Assembly: GCA_964388035.1 (NCBI GenBank)
Contig: CAYLZE010000079.1
Span: 1-23,470 of the forward strand
Source of the DNA: an uncultured archaeon
GTDB taxonomy: Archaea > Asgardarchaeota > Lokiarchaeia > Sigyniarchaeales > SOKP01
Direction: 5' to 3'
DNA: 23,470 bases
Shown here: positions 1-9,361 of the stretch, piece after piece
Layout: every line of letters begins with the position of its first letter
Position numbering within the stretch: the stretch's first letter is position 1
Translations under genes and position numbers: made by a program
Notes under the pieces: model-generated
Seen by the model: only the letters and a program-made list of their open reading frames with translations
Database searches by the model: none
Told to the model about the DNA's origin: nothing

Positions 1-1
1 A

Positions 2-97
2 TATTTCAAAATCTTGAGCTCTTTCTTTTAGCATCCTTTTTTCCATTATCTTAGAGGACACCTGATAAGCTTTTTTCATTTTCTCAAAATCTCCCAT
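2..97 (-). CDS. 5' part of a gene running off the left edge; hypothetical protein (MGDFEKMKKAYQVSSKIMEKRMLKERAQDFEI...)
   Basis: Not in the ORF track; translated by hand. ATG at 97-95 on the minus strand, preceded by GGAGG (complement of cctcc at 107-111). The frame is open to the window edge. Confidence 0.7.
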   Translation of the reverse strand, partial: MGDFEKMKKAYQVSSKIMEKRMLKERAQDFEI

Positions 98-385
98 AAA
101 AAATAACCTCCACGTTAAAAAGATAAAAGAAATTTAGCTTATTAAATGAGTTTGATCAAAACATTCTTACATGTAATTTTTTTTATGATAAAAATTGAAT
201 TATTTTAATAATTTGGAGAAAGAGAAAAGCCTTAGTTCCTTTCAATATCGATTAAATACCAGGATGTTTATATCAGTTTTTAAATCATTTGGTATTAAGA
301 AAATGGCGAGACAAATTTCTAGATAATTTTTCTAAATAATTATATTTAGTAAAAAAAACACAAAAATTTCAAATCCTAATCTCTT

Positions 386-901
386 TTATTCTCCCATTTT
401 TTTCTCTGATTTTAAGAAAAAAGAACTAATTATTGATATTATTCCTCCAATAATTATTAGAATAGTTCCAGCAGCAGGTATAATAAAAAATGTCAATAAA
501 ATATAATAATAATTAATTAATCCGAAAATTAAATTCATAAAGATATATTCTGCTAAAATAATTACCGTTTGGAAAATAAGAACGGAAATTCCTTTTCGCC
601 TTAGGTTTTTCTTAGCTAGGTCTGGTGTTATTGCTTTAAACAATAGTAAAATAGAATAAATGAACATCAAAATTGCATATGAAACAAGTAATACAACGAA
701 TATTAATCCAGGTATCATTATTATTAAAAAAAAGGGAGCCATATCCCCTGATACTCTCCCAATATACCAGAATGTGGATTGGTAAGAATAAGAAAGTAAG
801 AATATTACAAGATATAATCCTGGAAATAGAAATGACAAAAGCCATATTATTCCTACTGTTAAAGGAAATATAAAAAGAATCCGGTTATAAGCATGATCCA
901 T
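386..901 (-). CDS. Hypothetical four-TM membrane protein, paralogue of 949..1665
   Basis: 171 aa with four hydrophobic segments. Shares LFxFPL..IxWLLxFLFP, a basic loop and an IIGG last helix with the upstream ORF. Confidence 0.8.
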   Translation of the reverse strand: MDHAYNRILFIFPLTVGIIWLLSFLFPGLYLVIFLLSYSYQSTFWYIGRVSGDMAPFFLIIMIPGLIFVVLLVSYAILMFIYSILLLFKAITPDLAKKNLRRKGISVLIFQTVIILAEYIFMNLIFGLINYYYILLTFFIIPAAGTILIIIGGIISIISSFFLKSEKKMGE

Positions 902-948
902 CTTGATTCAATTCTCTTTTATTTTAATTATATTTTAATTTTAAATTT

Positions 949-1665
949 CTATAAGGCAAGTCCACAATTTGGACAAAATTTCATATCTTGTTGTATTTTA
1001 GTACCACAATTGGTACAATATTTTGCAACTAATGGTTTTAAAGGCGGAAGATTTTGTTCTAAAGGTTGTAGTTCTGAAGATATATCTTTTGAAACAATTT
1101 GTTCTGAAGGCATCTTTATTGGTAAACCTTTTTTTTCTATTAATTCCATGCCATATGATGTAATATAACCTACAAGGGCCAAACATCCTCCAATAATAAA
1201 CAAATTCCCACCGATTCCAATTGCTATTCGAAAGTTAAAAGTGTAATAGTATAAATATGACCCGAATATATGAATGATTTGGAAGACCCCATAAATTACA
1301 ACATAGACTATTATTTGTAGATAAAGTATCACCAATCCATAATTTTTCCACTTTTTTCTAGCATTTTCGAGGTCTTTTTTACCAAACACAAATTGTAAAG
1401 ACGAGACCAATGTTAAAATTGTAAAAATAATTATGACTATGGCGACAATTAATCCTGATATTAAAAGAAATAACATTAAGTAAAAAATATTAATAGAATA
1501 GTGTCGAAGATTTGACCACGCTGGAAGATCAATATAAGAAAATAAAATTCTATTACCTTCGTAATATATGGTAATTGCAGGAAACAGAAATCCAAGAAGC
1601 CAGAGGATACTAGCTATTAAGGGAAATAGAAAAAGTAACTTTTTTACTTTTTTAATTTTTAACAC
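949..1665 (-). CDS. Four-TM membrane protein with C-terminal zinc ribbon
   Basis: 238 aa, GTG start. Four hydrophobic segments, a Pro/Gln-rich linker and C-terminal CTNC...CPNC. Confidence 0.85.
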   Translation of the reverse strand: MLKIKKVKKLLFLFPLIASILWLLGFLFPAITIYYEGNRILFSYIDLPAWSNLRHYSINIFYLMLFLLISGLIVAIVIIIFTILTLVSSLQFVFGKKDLENARKKWKNYGLVILYLQIIVYVVIYGVFQIIHIFGSYLYYYTFNFRIAIGIGGNLFIIGGCLALVGYITSYGMELIEKKGLPIKMPSEQIVSKDISSELQPLEQNLPPLKPLVAKYCTNCGTKIQQDMKFCPNCGLAL

Positions 1666-1856
1666 TTTTCGACCTTTGGTTTTTAGATTTTCGAAATTCG
1701 TTATTTAATAATTAAATCAATATATATAAAAACTTTACTCTGAATTTTTTTTTATTTCCTATTGGATAATTAGCCTTAAAACGTAGGATGATGCCTAATT
1801 AGTCGCATGAATATCATAAAAGAAGAATTGGACTCCCCAACTAATATATTTCTAAA

Positions 1857-1878
1857 GCATTAATTAATGCAATATTGC
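1857..1878. promoter_or_regulatory. Overlapping palindromes upstream of the DUF998 gene; possible operator
   Basis: GCATTAATTAATGC (1857-1870) and GCAATATTGC (1869-1878) are perfect palindromes about 35-55 bp before the ATG at 1913. Confidence 0.3.
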
Positions 1879-1912
1879 TATAATATCACGATTAACTTGA
1901 AAAAAACTAAAA

Positions 1913-2515
1913 ATGTTGGCAACAAAAATGATTTCGAATAAAATTGCTAGCATTATCTTATTTGCAGGGAGTGTAGAATGGTTGATGTTCATAATAATCT
2001 TAGAAAGTTTCCAACCAAACTATATCAGTGCATTTCACTATGTAAGTTCGCTGAGAGTAGGAACTACGGCATTAATTTTTAATATATCTATCATCTTATT
2101 TGGCGCTAGTGTTGTTGTAGCAACAATTATTCTCTTAAAAAATAATGGAAAGGAGCTCTATCTCATATTTCTATCACTTTCTGGAATTTTCATTATTGCA
2201 GTTGGCATTTTTCCTGAAAATATACGACCTATTCACGGATACGCGACGGCATTTGCTTTTATTCTTGCAGTTGTATCTGTAATACCTTCCTATAGAAACT
2301 TAAATTCACCATTCTCACATGTTTCTTTAGTAATAGGAATATTATCTCTAATATTACTGATTATTTTTTTTCCATTTTTAGGATTACCTGCCGAATCAAT
2401 GAATGTGTTTTTAGGATTAGGTAAAGGAACTATTGAGCGCATGATAATTTATCTTCTGTTAGTTTGGGTAATAGGATTAGGAACATATCTCATGAATATT
2501 GACAAATCTTTATAA
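1913..2515 (+). CDS. DUF998-family membrane protein
   Basis: Multi-TM protein with Y...YVSSL, IFN, VGIFPEN...H and GxxER..Y...W motifs typical of DUF998. Confidence 0.75.
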   Translation: MLATKMISNKIASIILFAGSVEWLMFIIILESFQPNYISAFHYVSSLRVGTTALIFNISIILFGASVVVATIILLKNNGKELYLIFLSLSGIFIIAVGIFPENIRPIHGYATAFAFILAVVSVIPSYRNLNSPFSHVSLVIGILSLILLIIFFPFLGLPAESMNVFLGLGKGTIERMIIYLLLVWVIGLGTYLMNIDKSL

Positions 2516-2579
2516 AAAACAATTCACTTTTTTTTCCCTTACTTTTAATGAGAGAGTTCACAAAAACAAATTAAAGAAT

Positions 2580-3428
2580 TTAAATAAGTAATTTAGAAAC
2601 TTCATTAACTTGCTTTGGAAAATTCTTAATTAATCGATTTTTCTTTAAATTATTTTTGATAATCCATGTTACATCTCGATCTTTTTGGTTTGTTAACTTC
2701 TTCATCAATTTGAAGCCATTTTCTGGACTTGCTACCACGATCACGCTCAAGGTATATCCCAATCCTTTCTTAAGAGCTTTAAATTCCTCGGAATTTCTCT
2801 CATTACTTTTTTCAATTAATTGAAATATTTTTTCATGTAAATTCAACCCTTCCTTGGCAAATATCTCATCATCTTTGAGTGGAGGAAACGCTAAACACTC
2901 TGCCATTCCCGCGGCTATGGCTCTTAAGAGTAACCATTCAGTACCTTCCTTAATCCAACTATTCATTTCATTTAGCATTTTTTGTCCATCATTTTCTGCC
3001 AAAATCCTAAGTGCATTGGGTACTGCTTCTCTAATGCGCCATCGTGGGTCTTTTGCTAATAGTTTCAAATTATGATATGCAAATTCTGTAAACTTTTCAT
3101 GACGCCCTAAAGCTCCCAACGTCCAGGTCCCGCAAAAAGCTAAAAATTCGCGTTTATCATTGGTTGGGGCTATATCATTCGTGAATTCTAAGAGCTTTTC
3201 GATTAATTCTTTTATTTTCTCCAAATGAATTTCTTTTTGTTCGAGCATCACTTTGGTAAACGCTGCGGCTAATTCTAAATTACCTCTTCGTCCGGGAAGA
3301 TTAGAATTGCTCTCTAAATATTTTAAAATCTCTTCAGACTTGCCCTCTTTTAGAAAATTTTTTATCATTCCTAATAAATCAGTGTAATGGAGATCAATTT
3401 TTTTCATAGAATAAATAGAATAAATCAT
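2580..3428 (-). CDS. HEAT/ARM-repeat protein (AlkD-like or PBS-lyase-like fold, function unknown)
   Basis: Helical soluble protein with SNLPGRRGNLELA, the HEAT-like LAKDPRWRIREAV and C-terminal DxDVxWIIKNNLKKNRL. The true start may be a downstream Met. Confidence 0.65.
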   Translation of the reverse strand: MIYSIYSMKKIDLHYTDLLGMIKNFLKEGKSEEILKYLESNSNLPGRRGNLELAAAFTKVMLEQKEIHLEKIKELIEKLLEFTNDIAPTNDKREFLAFCGTWTLGALGRHEKFTEFAYHNLKLLAKDPRWRIREAVPNALRILAENDGQKMLNEMNSWIKEGTEWLLLRAIAAGMAECLAFPPLKDDEIFAKEGLNLHEKIFQLIEKSNERNSEEFKALKKGLGYTLSVIVVASPENGFKLMKKLTNQKDRDVTWIIKNNLKKNRLIKNFPKQVNEVSKLLI

Positions 3429-3649
3429 TATTTTGAAATAATCTATTGAAAAAAGAATTGAAGAAATTTTATTCTAAGTATTACGCTTCAGCTCTATAGA
3501 ATGAATCTATCAAGAGCTTCTTTTTATTGTTAATAATTGCCGAAAATCCTAATTCTAAAACAAAATAATTATATAATAGGAAAAATTCATACAATTTTAG
3601 AATCATGAATTCACAACCTTTTAGTAAACAATTACTTTAAGTCCAGAAA

Positions 3650-5605
3650 ATGAGTGAGCGAAAAAAATTAAAAAATCTAAGCAAGAGAGAGCATCAACTA
3701 GCACTTATCTTTTCAACCTTTAGCTTATTTAGTGCTTCATTGATCATAATCATAATTTTAATCGCGATATCCATTGTTAATAACATGTACGGAAATTTTA
3801 CGGTTCCAACATTATTCTCGCTAATTAGTGCTCTGATCTCCTTTCTTGTCATGTACACGTTGGATAAAAATAAAAAATTGGTCAATCAATTCTTGGTAGG
3901 TAAATATAATTTCCGTTGGATTGTAATTTTTTTGATTTCTTTGATTTTCACTCTTATTATACTATTTTCTTATTGGAGTCTCACGGATTTCGCAAATAAG
4001 AATATTGAAAATATCGTAAATCTTAATTTTATTGTATTTCTTGTCGGGTCAACTCTCTTCAATATTTCTGCATATTTAACTTACTTTGGCATCAAAAATT
4101 TGAGAGCAATTAAGATTCAAAAAATAAAGTTCAGAATCTTTAGCACTATTTCGACTTCACTATTAATCATATCGGTTTCTGGACTTATCTTCATCAGTTT
4201 TAATTTCATTTCCTATCCTTCAGCAAACATCACATCAGGCACCAAATATGATGAGGGACCTTGGCTCACGTGGTATAATAATAAGCCTAACGAAAGTATT
4301 TGCATTACTTGGTTAACAGAAAAATCTGGTCCCACCGAAGTTCATTATGGGATGAGCAAAAATAAGAGCGAATTAAACTTGATAGCTACGGGTGATGCAG
4401 GCATTCTCCACAAGATCTATTTAGATGCCTTGCGACCGGGCACTACGTATCATTATTTCATTGAAAAAGATACATCTTCCTTAAATACTGAACCGTTATT
4501 CAGTTTTACCACGGCTTCTAACCAGCAAAAATCATTTAAATTTACCATAGTGGGAGACATGCAGCCTACTGACGAGGGAATGATAAAGAGAGGAGAGATC
4601 GTCGCAAATGGAGTCAATCAGCGAGATCATGATTTTATAATCCAATTGGGAGATGTTGCAGATAGTGGAACAGATCCGCAAGATTGGCATAGGGTGTTAT
4701 CTAATATCATGAAATTAGGATCAACCGTACCAATCCAAGGCGTGATAGGTAATCACGATTGGGATGGCGGAGCGGGAAGTTCTAATTGGGCACAATTGTT
4801 CACGTACAACTATGAAGATCCGACAGTTGGGCGATTCTACTCCTTTGACTATCAAAATGCTCATTTTGTAATGATCGACAATTTTGAGCATTTTTATAGA
4901 ATGACGGATGCTCAATTAAATTGGATTCAAGAAGATCTGCTCAATGCGAAAAAAGAAGGTCAAGATTGGATATTTTGTTTCTTTCATTTAAGCATGTTAA
5001 CTACCTCTTCCTCGGGCATGCAATATAATTTAATCGAATCCTTAGTTCCAATATTCGATAAATATGATGTGGATGCTGTTTTTTATGGGCATGATCACGA
5101 TTATCAACACTATAAATATACTTATGGCCAAAATGGTCTTGTGTTTGATAAAAGTCATGATTGGGACCATAATCCCGTTCATTATTTCTGTTCGGGAGGT
5201 GGGGGTGCAGATTTGGAAGTAGGATATGGCATCTTAGATGAGAGTCGCATGGCAGCAGAAGATACGGTCATGTGGTGGGATGAGAATTTGAACTCTACTC
5301 GAGAAATTACCTATGAGAGACGGGCATGGGATTCTTCCAAATATTTAACCCACCTTGATTTTGATGAAAATTACGCTTATTGGAAACCGGGATATGAAGG
5401 AAAATATTATTATAATCTTCCCGCAGAGGAATCTTATAATGATTTCGCCGATGTTGTAGGATTAAAATACGGAGAGCAATGTTACCATTATATTGAAGTA
5501 GAGGTTAATGGAAATCATTGTATTATAAGCGTGAGGTATCCTAATGGAGTTCTTTTAGAAGGTCCCAGAAATAATTATCCACAACAGTTTATTTTGGAAA
5601 AATAA
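3650..5605 (+). CDS. Membrane-anchored calcineurin-like metallophosphoesterase (purple-acid-phosphatase-like N-terminal FN3 domain plus Metallophos domain)
   Basis: About five N-terminal TM helices; FN3-like ITW...VHYG...LRPGTTYHY; metal motifs GD, GDVAD, GNHD, FH and GHDH. Confidence 0.9.
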   Translation: MSERKKLKNLSKREHQLALIFSTFSLFSASLIIIIILIAISIVNNMYGNFTVPTLFSLISALISFLVMYTLDKNKKLVNQFLVGKYNFRWIVIFLISLIFTLIILFSYWSLTDFANKNIENIVNLNFIVFLVGSTLFNISAYLTYFGIKNLRAIKIQKIKFRIFSTISTSLLIISVSGLIFISFNFISYPSANITSGTKYDEGPWLTWYNNKPNESICITWLTEKSGPTEVHYGMSKNKSELNLIATGDAGILHKIYLDALRPGTTYHYFIEKDTSSLNTEPLFSFTTASNQQKSFKFTIVGDMQPTDEGMIKRGEIVANGVNQRDHDFIIQLGDVADSGTDPQDWHRVLSNIMKLGSTVPIQGVIGNHDWDGGAGSSNWAQLFTYNYEDPTVGRFYSFDYQNAHFVMIDNFEHFYRMTDAQLNWIQEDLLNAKKEGQDWIFCFFHLSMLTTSSSGMQYNLIESLVPIFDKYDVDAVFYGHDHDYQHYKYTYGQNGLVFDKSHDWDHNPVHYFCSGGGGADLEVGYGILDESRMAAEDTVMWWDENLNSTREITYERRAWDSSKYLTHLDFDENYAYWKPGYEGKYYYNLPAEESYNDFADVVGLKYGEQCYHYIEVEVNGNHCIISVRYPNGVLLEGPRNNYPQQFILEK

Positions 5606-5739
5606 TGATAATTCTATAAACATTCTTTAATGATGTGGATTTATTAACATCCATTAATAAAATAAACACTTTTCTTCTTTATTAATTACTATTAAGAAAA
5701 AGAAATAGTAAAGAAATTAATTTTTGAACTAGTTATATC

Positions 5740-6579
5740 TTAATAATTGAAGAATATCAACTGAAATATTATTACGCTCATGGTTAAAACGATTGGGAAC
5801 CGAAAATCTGCCCAAATTATATGTTGATGTTTTACATTAAAGAGTCTATTTAAATATGGATTCAAGGGCTTGTAAAGACTTGCAAAAATTATAGATAATA
5901 TAAGCGTCGCCATGAAATTTGTAATACTACGGGAGATTTCCCAATCGAGAGGTCTAAAAATGTTCACATATACTATCATCAAAAGCATGTATGTTGCCGT
6001 TCCGCCCATGATTATAATTAACTTTTTTAGATACGAATCGGATTGAAGAATATCCACTAAGGGAAAAAGAGCAACAAAAAACATTAACCCAATTATAAAA
6101 ATTGCAATACCGATAATCACGAAGACGAATAAAGGTAGCCCCGTGGCAATTGCAAACCGTATAGTATCGCTTCCTGGGGATATTACACCAATAGCGATAG
6201 AAAAGCCTTCAAGAATGCACGATAAGGGCCCGTACATCAATAAGGGTAAAAGTGAAGGCTTTTTATATCTCCAAGCAACTAAGCTTATTAAAGAACCCGC
6301 TCCAATATCGGATACCCACCCTCCAATATCAATAATACCAGGTAACGGAGCGGGATTAATTATCGTTCTCGGCATGATAAAGGGATGGAAAACAAATGAA
6401 ACTTGATAACCCCCTATTAAAAGGGCAATAATTCCATGACCTAATTCGTGGATCATTCCTCCAAAAGCAAAGCCAAATGCGAAAGCTAGCAACATGAGAA
6501 GGATCGACTTAACAGTTGATACATCAGCAATCGCTCTACTTGCTAATTTTTCTTGATGATTCTCTAATTTTTGTTCCAT
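5740..6579 (-). CDS. M50-like (site-2-protease-type) HExxH membrane metallopeptidase
   Basis: HELGH lies in a TM segment, with a downstream SPGSD motif and many TM helices. AGGTGG RBS upstream. Confidence 0.7.
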   Translation of the reverse strand: MEQKLENHQEKLASRAIADVSTVKSILLMLLAFAFGFAFGGMIHELGHGIIALLIGGYQVSFVFHPFIMPRTIINPAPLPGIIDIGGWVSDIGAGSLISLVAWRYKKPSLLPLLMYGPLSCILEGFSIAIGVISPGSDTIRFAIATGLPLFVFVIIGIAIFIIGLMFFVALFPLVDILQSDSYLKKLIIIMGGTATYMLLMIVYVNIFRPLDWEISRSITNFMATLILSIIFASLYKPLNPYLNRLFNVKHQHIIWADFRFPIVLTMSVIIFQLIFFNY

Positions 6580-6940
6580 TTATCCCACCTTTTTTTTTTC
6601 TCCTTACCGGAAAGGGTTTAAATTGAGACGAATTTAGCATTCCAATTTTGTTAAAAATCAATTAGTTTTAGTTAATCTGAATTTTTATATAAGTTTTATT
6701 GAATGGGAAAAATCAGTAAGTGACCTTTTTGATGCTAAGATCATTGATTGGATTGGCTTTTTCCAATAATAAGAGAAAGAATTTTTACCCAAGAGATTGA
6801 TAAATTTATTCTTTGTATCAGATTAAATGAAATATGAAAATTAGTGAAAAAATAAGAAACGTAAATAACAAATTAAATATTATTAATAGGTTTAAAATCG
6901 AATAAACAAGATATTTTAAGGATTTTGTTAAAAGAGTTTA

Positions 6941-8041
6941 TCATAATACTTCCCTCGACCATCGGGTCACTAAATTTGCCCATAATGAATTACCCCCACT
7001 GCTATTAATAAGAACAACGATTCCTTCTCCTTTCTCCGGAATAAAGATCATCATGCTTCTCCACCCAATTATGCCTCCACTATGTTGTATGACCTTTAAT
7101 CCTTTAATTTCACTAATATAATGGCCCAATCCGTAATACCAATCATACCCAAAATCATCTGAAGCATGTATTAGTTTGGAGTACATTTGGTCCAATGTCG
7201 ATGGTTTTAGGATCTCTCTTCCGGGCAGTTTCCTATTAGGGCCTCTCATTCCCCCCAAGGCAAATGTCAACATATCTATTATAGTTGCGCAGAGTCCTCC
7301 AGCTGCTTTAATTGTCCCAACATAAAGAGGCAAAGGTTTTGATTCCTCATTGTATGGTGTGGCGAATAACGCGGCATCCAAATCCGTTTTTTCATAGCTA
7401 GAAAAATTCATCCCAAAAGGGGTTAATATTTCTTTTTTCATGTAGTCAGAAAAGGTTTGTTTAGTTATCTCTTCAATAATTAATTGAAGAATTAAATAAC
7501 CGTCATTCGCATAAATAAACTCTTTTCCGGGCTCTTTTCTGACCTTAACGGGAGTTCCTTCCTTTTTGGGAATCAAGTTCCATTTTTCGCAATATTTCAA
7601 TTCTTCTTCATCTATTGGACCAGGCAACCTACCTGAAAGAATTTCTTCAATTGAAAGTGGTTCATAATTGGGATTATAGCTTGTATATTCAGATTCTTGG
7701 AACCCCGCAGTGTGACTCAAGAGTCTTCGAATTGATACTTGCTCATTTTCAAATTCAGAGGGTGGTAAATGCCAGCGGGTTAAATACTTTTCCGCAGGAG
7801 CATCCAAGTCTAAGCGGCCCTCTTCTACTAATTTCATTACACCCCATGTTGTAACGGATTTTGATATCGAAGCGACAGCAAAAATGGTGTGCTCAGTGAT
7901 AGGGATTTGTTGTTCCTTATTGGCGAATCCAAAGGGATTAATCGAAGAAATCTCATGATTTGATATAAATCCGATAGCTACTCCCGGAATATTCATTTTT
8001 TCAAGAAGTTTTGGGACAATCTTTTCCAAGCGTTTTATCAT
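6941..8041 (-). CDS. Serine hydrolase, beta-lactamase/AmpC-like (peptidase S12) family
   Basis: SxxK (SISK), LLSHTAG, YxN (YAN) and HSG motifs. No signal peptide is evident. Confidence 0.9.
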   Translation of the reverse strand: MIKRLEKIVPKLLEKMNIPGVAIGFISNHEISSINPFGFANKEQQIPITEHTIFAVASISKSVTTWGVMKLVEEGRLDLDAPAEKYLTRWHLPPSEFENEQVSIRRLLSHTAGFQESEYTSYNPNYEPLSIEEILSGRLPGPIDEEELKYCEKWNLIPKKEGTPVKVRKEPGKEFIYANDGYLILQLIIEEITKQTFSDYMKKEILTPFGMNFSSYEKTDLDAALFATPYNEESKPLPLYVGTIKAAGGLCATIIDMLTFALGGMRGPNRKLPGREILKPSTLDQMYSKLIHASDDFGYDWYYGLGHYISEIKGLKVIQHSGGIIGWRSMMIFIPEKGEGIVVLINSSGGNSLWANLVTRWSREVL

Positions 8042-8281
8042 GATACATCTTCCATAGATTATTTTTTTATAATTACATGAAGCAAAAAATAAGGTTTTTG
8101 ATTATAAAGTATCAGGCAGGATACCAATGCAATTAAAATAATAATTAAATGATGTAACATATCATTAGTCTTAATTCAATTTGGTGAGATTTCATAAAAA
8201 ATAAGTAAGTTATTAAAGAAAATGTAAGTTATAATAGTGTAAATATGAATAAATTGAAAATTAAAAAAATATGAATTTATC

Positions 8282-9094
8282 ATGCCTATTTTGGGAATAG
8301 ATTACGATAAATGTATCACGTGTAAAAATTGCTTGGAGATATGCACGAGTCCCGAAGCTTTTTTTAAAATGGACTCAAAAGATGAGAAAGTAATTTTCGA
8401 GGATCCCAACAAACAATGCATTCAATGTGGTCAGTGTATTGCCCAGTGCCCAGAAAATGCCATTCTCCATGAGGGAATGGGAGAGAGCTTTACTTTTATT
8501 AAAATAAAAAACTTACCTGATTTAATTGATTATGAAACACTTTTTAATTTCTTAGCGGTCAATCGTTCCACGCGTTTTTATAAACCCGATAAAGTTCCCG
8601 AAGATATTTTGGAAAAGGTGATAGGGGCAATGGAATATGCTCCTACCGCGGCTAACATGAGATCCGAGAATTTTTATATCATTTCTGATACGGACAAAAT
8701 TAACGCACTTTCCAAAGCTATTATTGAAGAATTCATGAAAGATCCTTCAGAAAAAGAGCACTGGAACGAAAGAATAGAACAATATGGAAAAACGAATCGC
8801 GATCCCGTGTTTTATAATGCCCCCCACGTGGTTCTGGTGACCTCCAATTTCAACATGATGATGGAAGGATTTAACGTTGGAAACATAATTACTTATGGAA
8901 GATTAGCAGCCCAAGCTTTGGGATTAGGAACTTCATGGATCGGGTATGTAACTATTGCTCTTGAGAAGAATCCAGAAATAAAGAAAGTCATAAAATTAAG
9001 AGGTACTGTAGTGGGTGCCTTCACCCTGGGATATCCTGATGTGTACTATTATCGTGTTCCACCCCGTTCAAGTAAAAAAGTCAAATTTCTTTAA
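8282..9094 (+). CDS. Nitroreductase-family protein with N-terminal 2x[4Fe-4S] ferredoxin domain
   Basis: CITCKNCLEIC and CIQCGQCIAQCP; nitroreductase motifs RSTRFY, APTAAN, AQALGLGTSWIG and LGYP. Confidence 0.92.
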   Translation: MPILGIDYDKCITCKNCLEICTSPEAFFKMDSKDEKVIFEDPNKQCIQCGQCIAQCPENAILHEGMGESFTFIKIKNLPDLIDYETLFNFLAVNRSTRFYKPDKVPEDILEKVIGAMEYAPTAANMRSENFYIISDTDKINALSKAIIEEFMKDPSEKEHWNERIEQYGKTNRDPVFYNAPHVVLVTSNFNMMMEGFNVGNIITYGRLAAQALGLGTSWIGYVTIALEKNPEIKKVIKLRGTVVGAFTLGYPDVYYYRVPPRSSKKVKFL

Positions 9095-9145
9095 AAAATC
9101 TTTTTTAGTTATTTATTTACTTGTAAACTTTTTAAAGAAGCACAA

Positions 9146-9250
9146 GTCGGGAAAAAATTCCCGGTTTCATGTAAAACTTCATCAAAAATCAATGAAATTA
9201 AGATAACTAAATCTAGATCGTTCAATCTAAAAAAAGGGAAGTAGATTATA
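9146..9250. repeat. Copy A of a ~100-bp degenerate intergenic repeat (copy B at 10947..11050)
   Basis: By manual count, 9181-9240 and 10981-11040 match at 45/60 ungapped, and 9146-9160 and 10947-10961 match at 12/15. The core AAAAATCAATGAAATTAA is identical. Confidence 0.8.
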
Positions 9251-9361
9251 TTTTGAATTTGAGAATATTTTAGTAATTTTAAATATCATCCAAACTCACA
9301 TAGATATTTAAATTAAGGTCTCTTAGGTTATATTTATAATAATTTTTGGTGAGGATAAATT

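Noticed and set aside
255-296. Possible eukaryote-like SECIS element (AUGA...GA on the minus strand)
   Set aside because: The spacing and helix II do not fit a SECIS, and no in-frame UGA selenoprotein candidate is visible in the adjacent genes.
3490-3518. Hairpin AGCTCT-ATAGA...TCTAT-CA-AGAGCT in a divergent intergenic region
   Set aside because: Single short stem-loop with no second copy or functional cue.
6941-8041. Calling the serine hydrolase an antibiotic-resistance beta-lactamase
   Set aside because: SxxK/YxN/HxG motifs are shared by esterases and D-peptidases; there is no signal peptide or KTG motif.
9015-9206. ORF running into repeat copy A, suggesting the repeat might be coding
   Set aside because: Copy B differs by an indel and has stop codons in the minus-strand frame that is open in copy A, so no conserved reading frame is evident.
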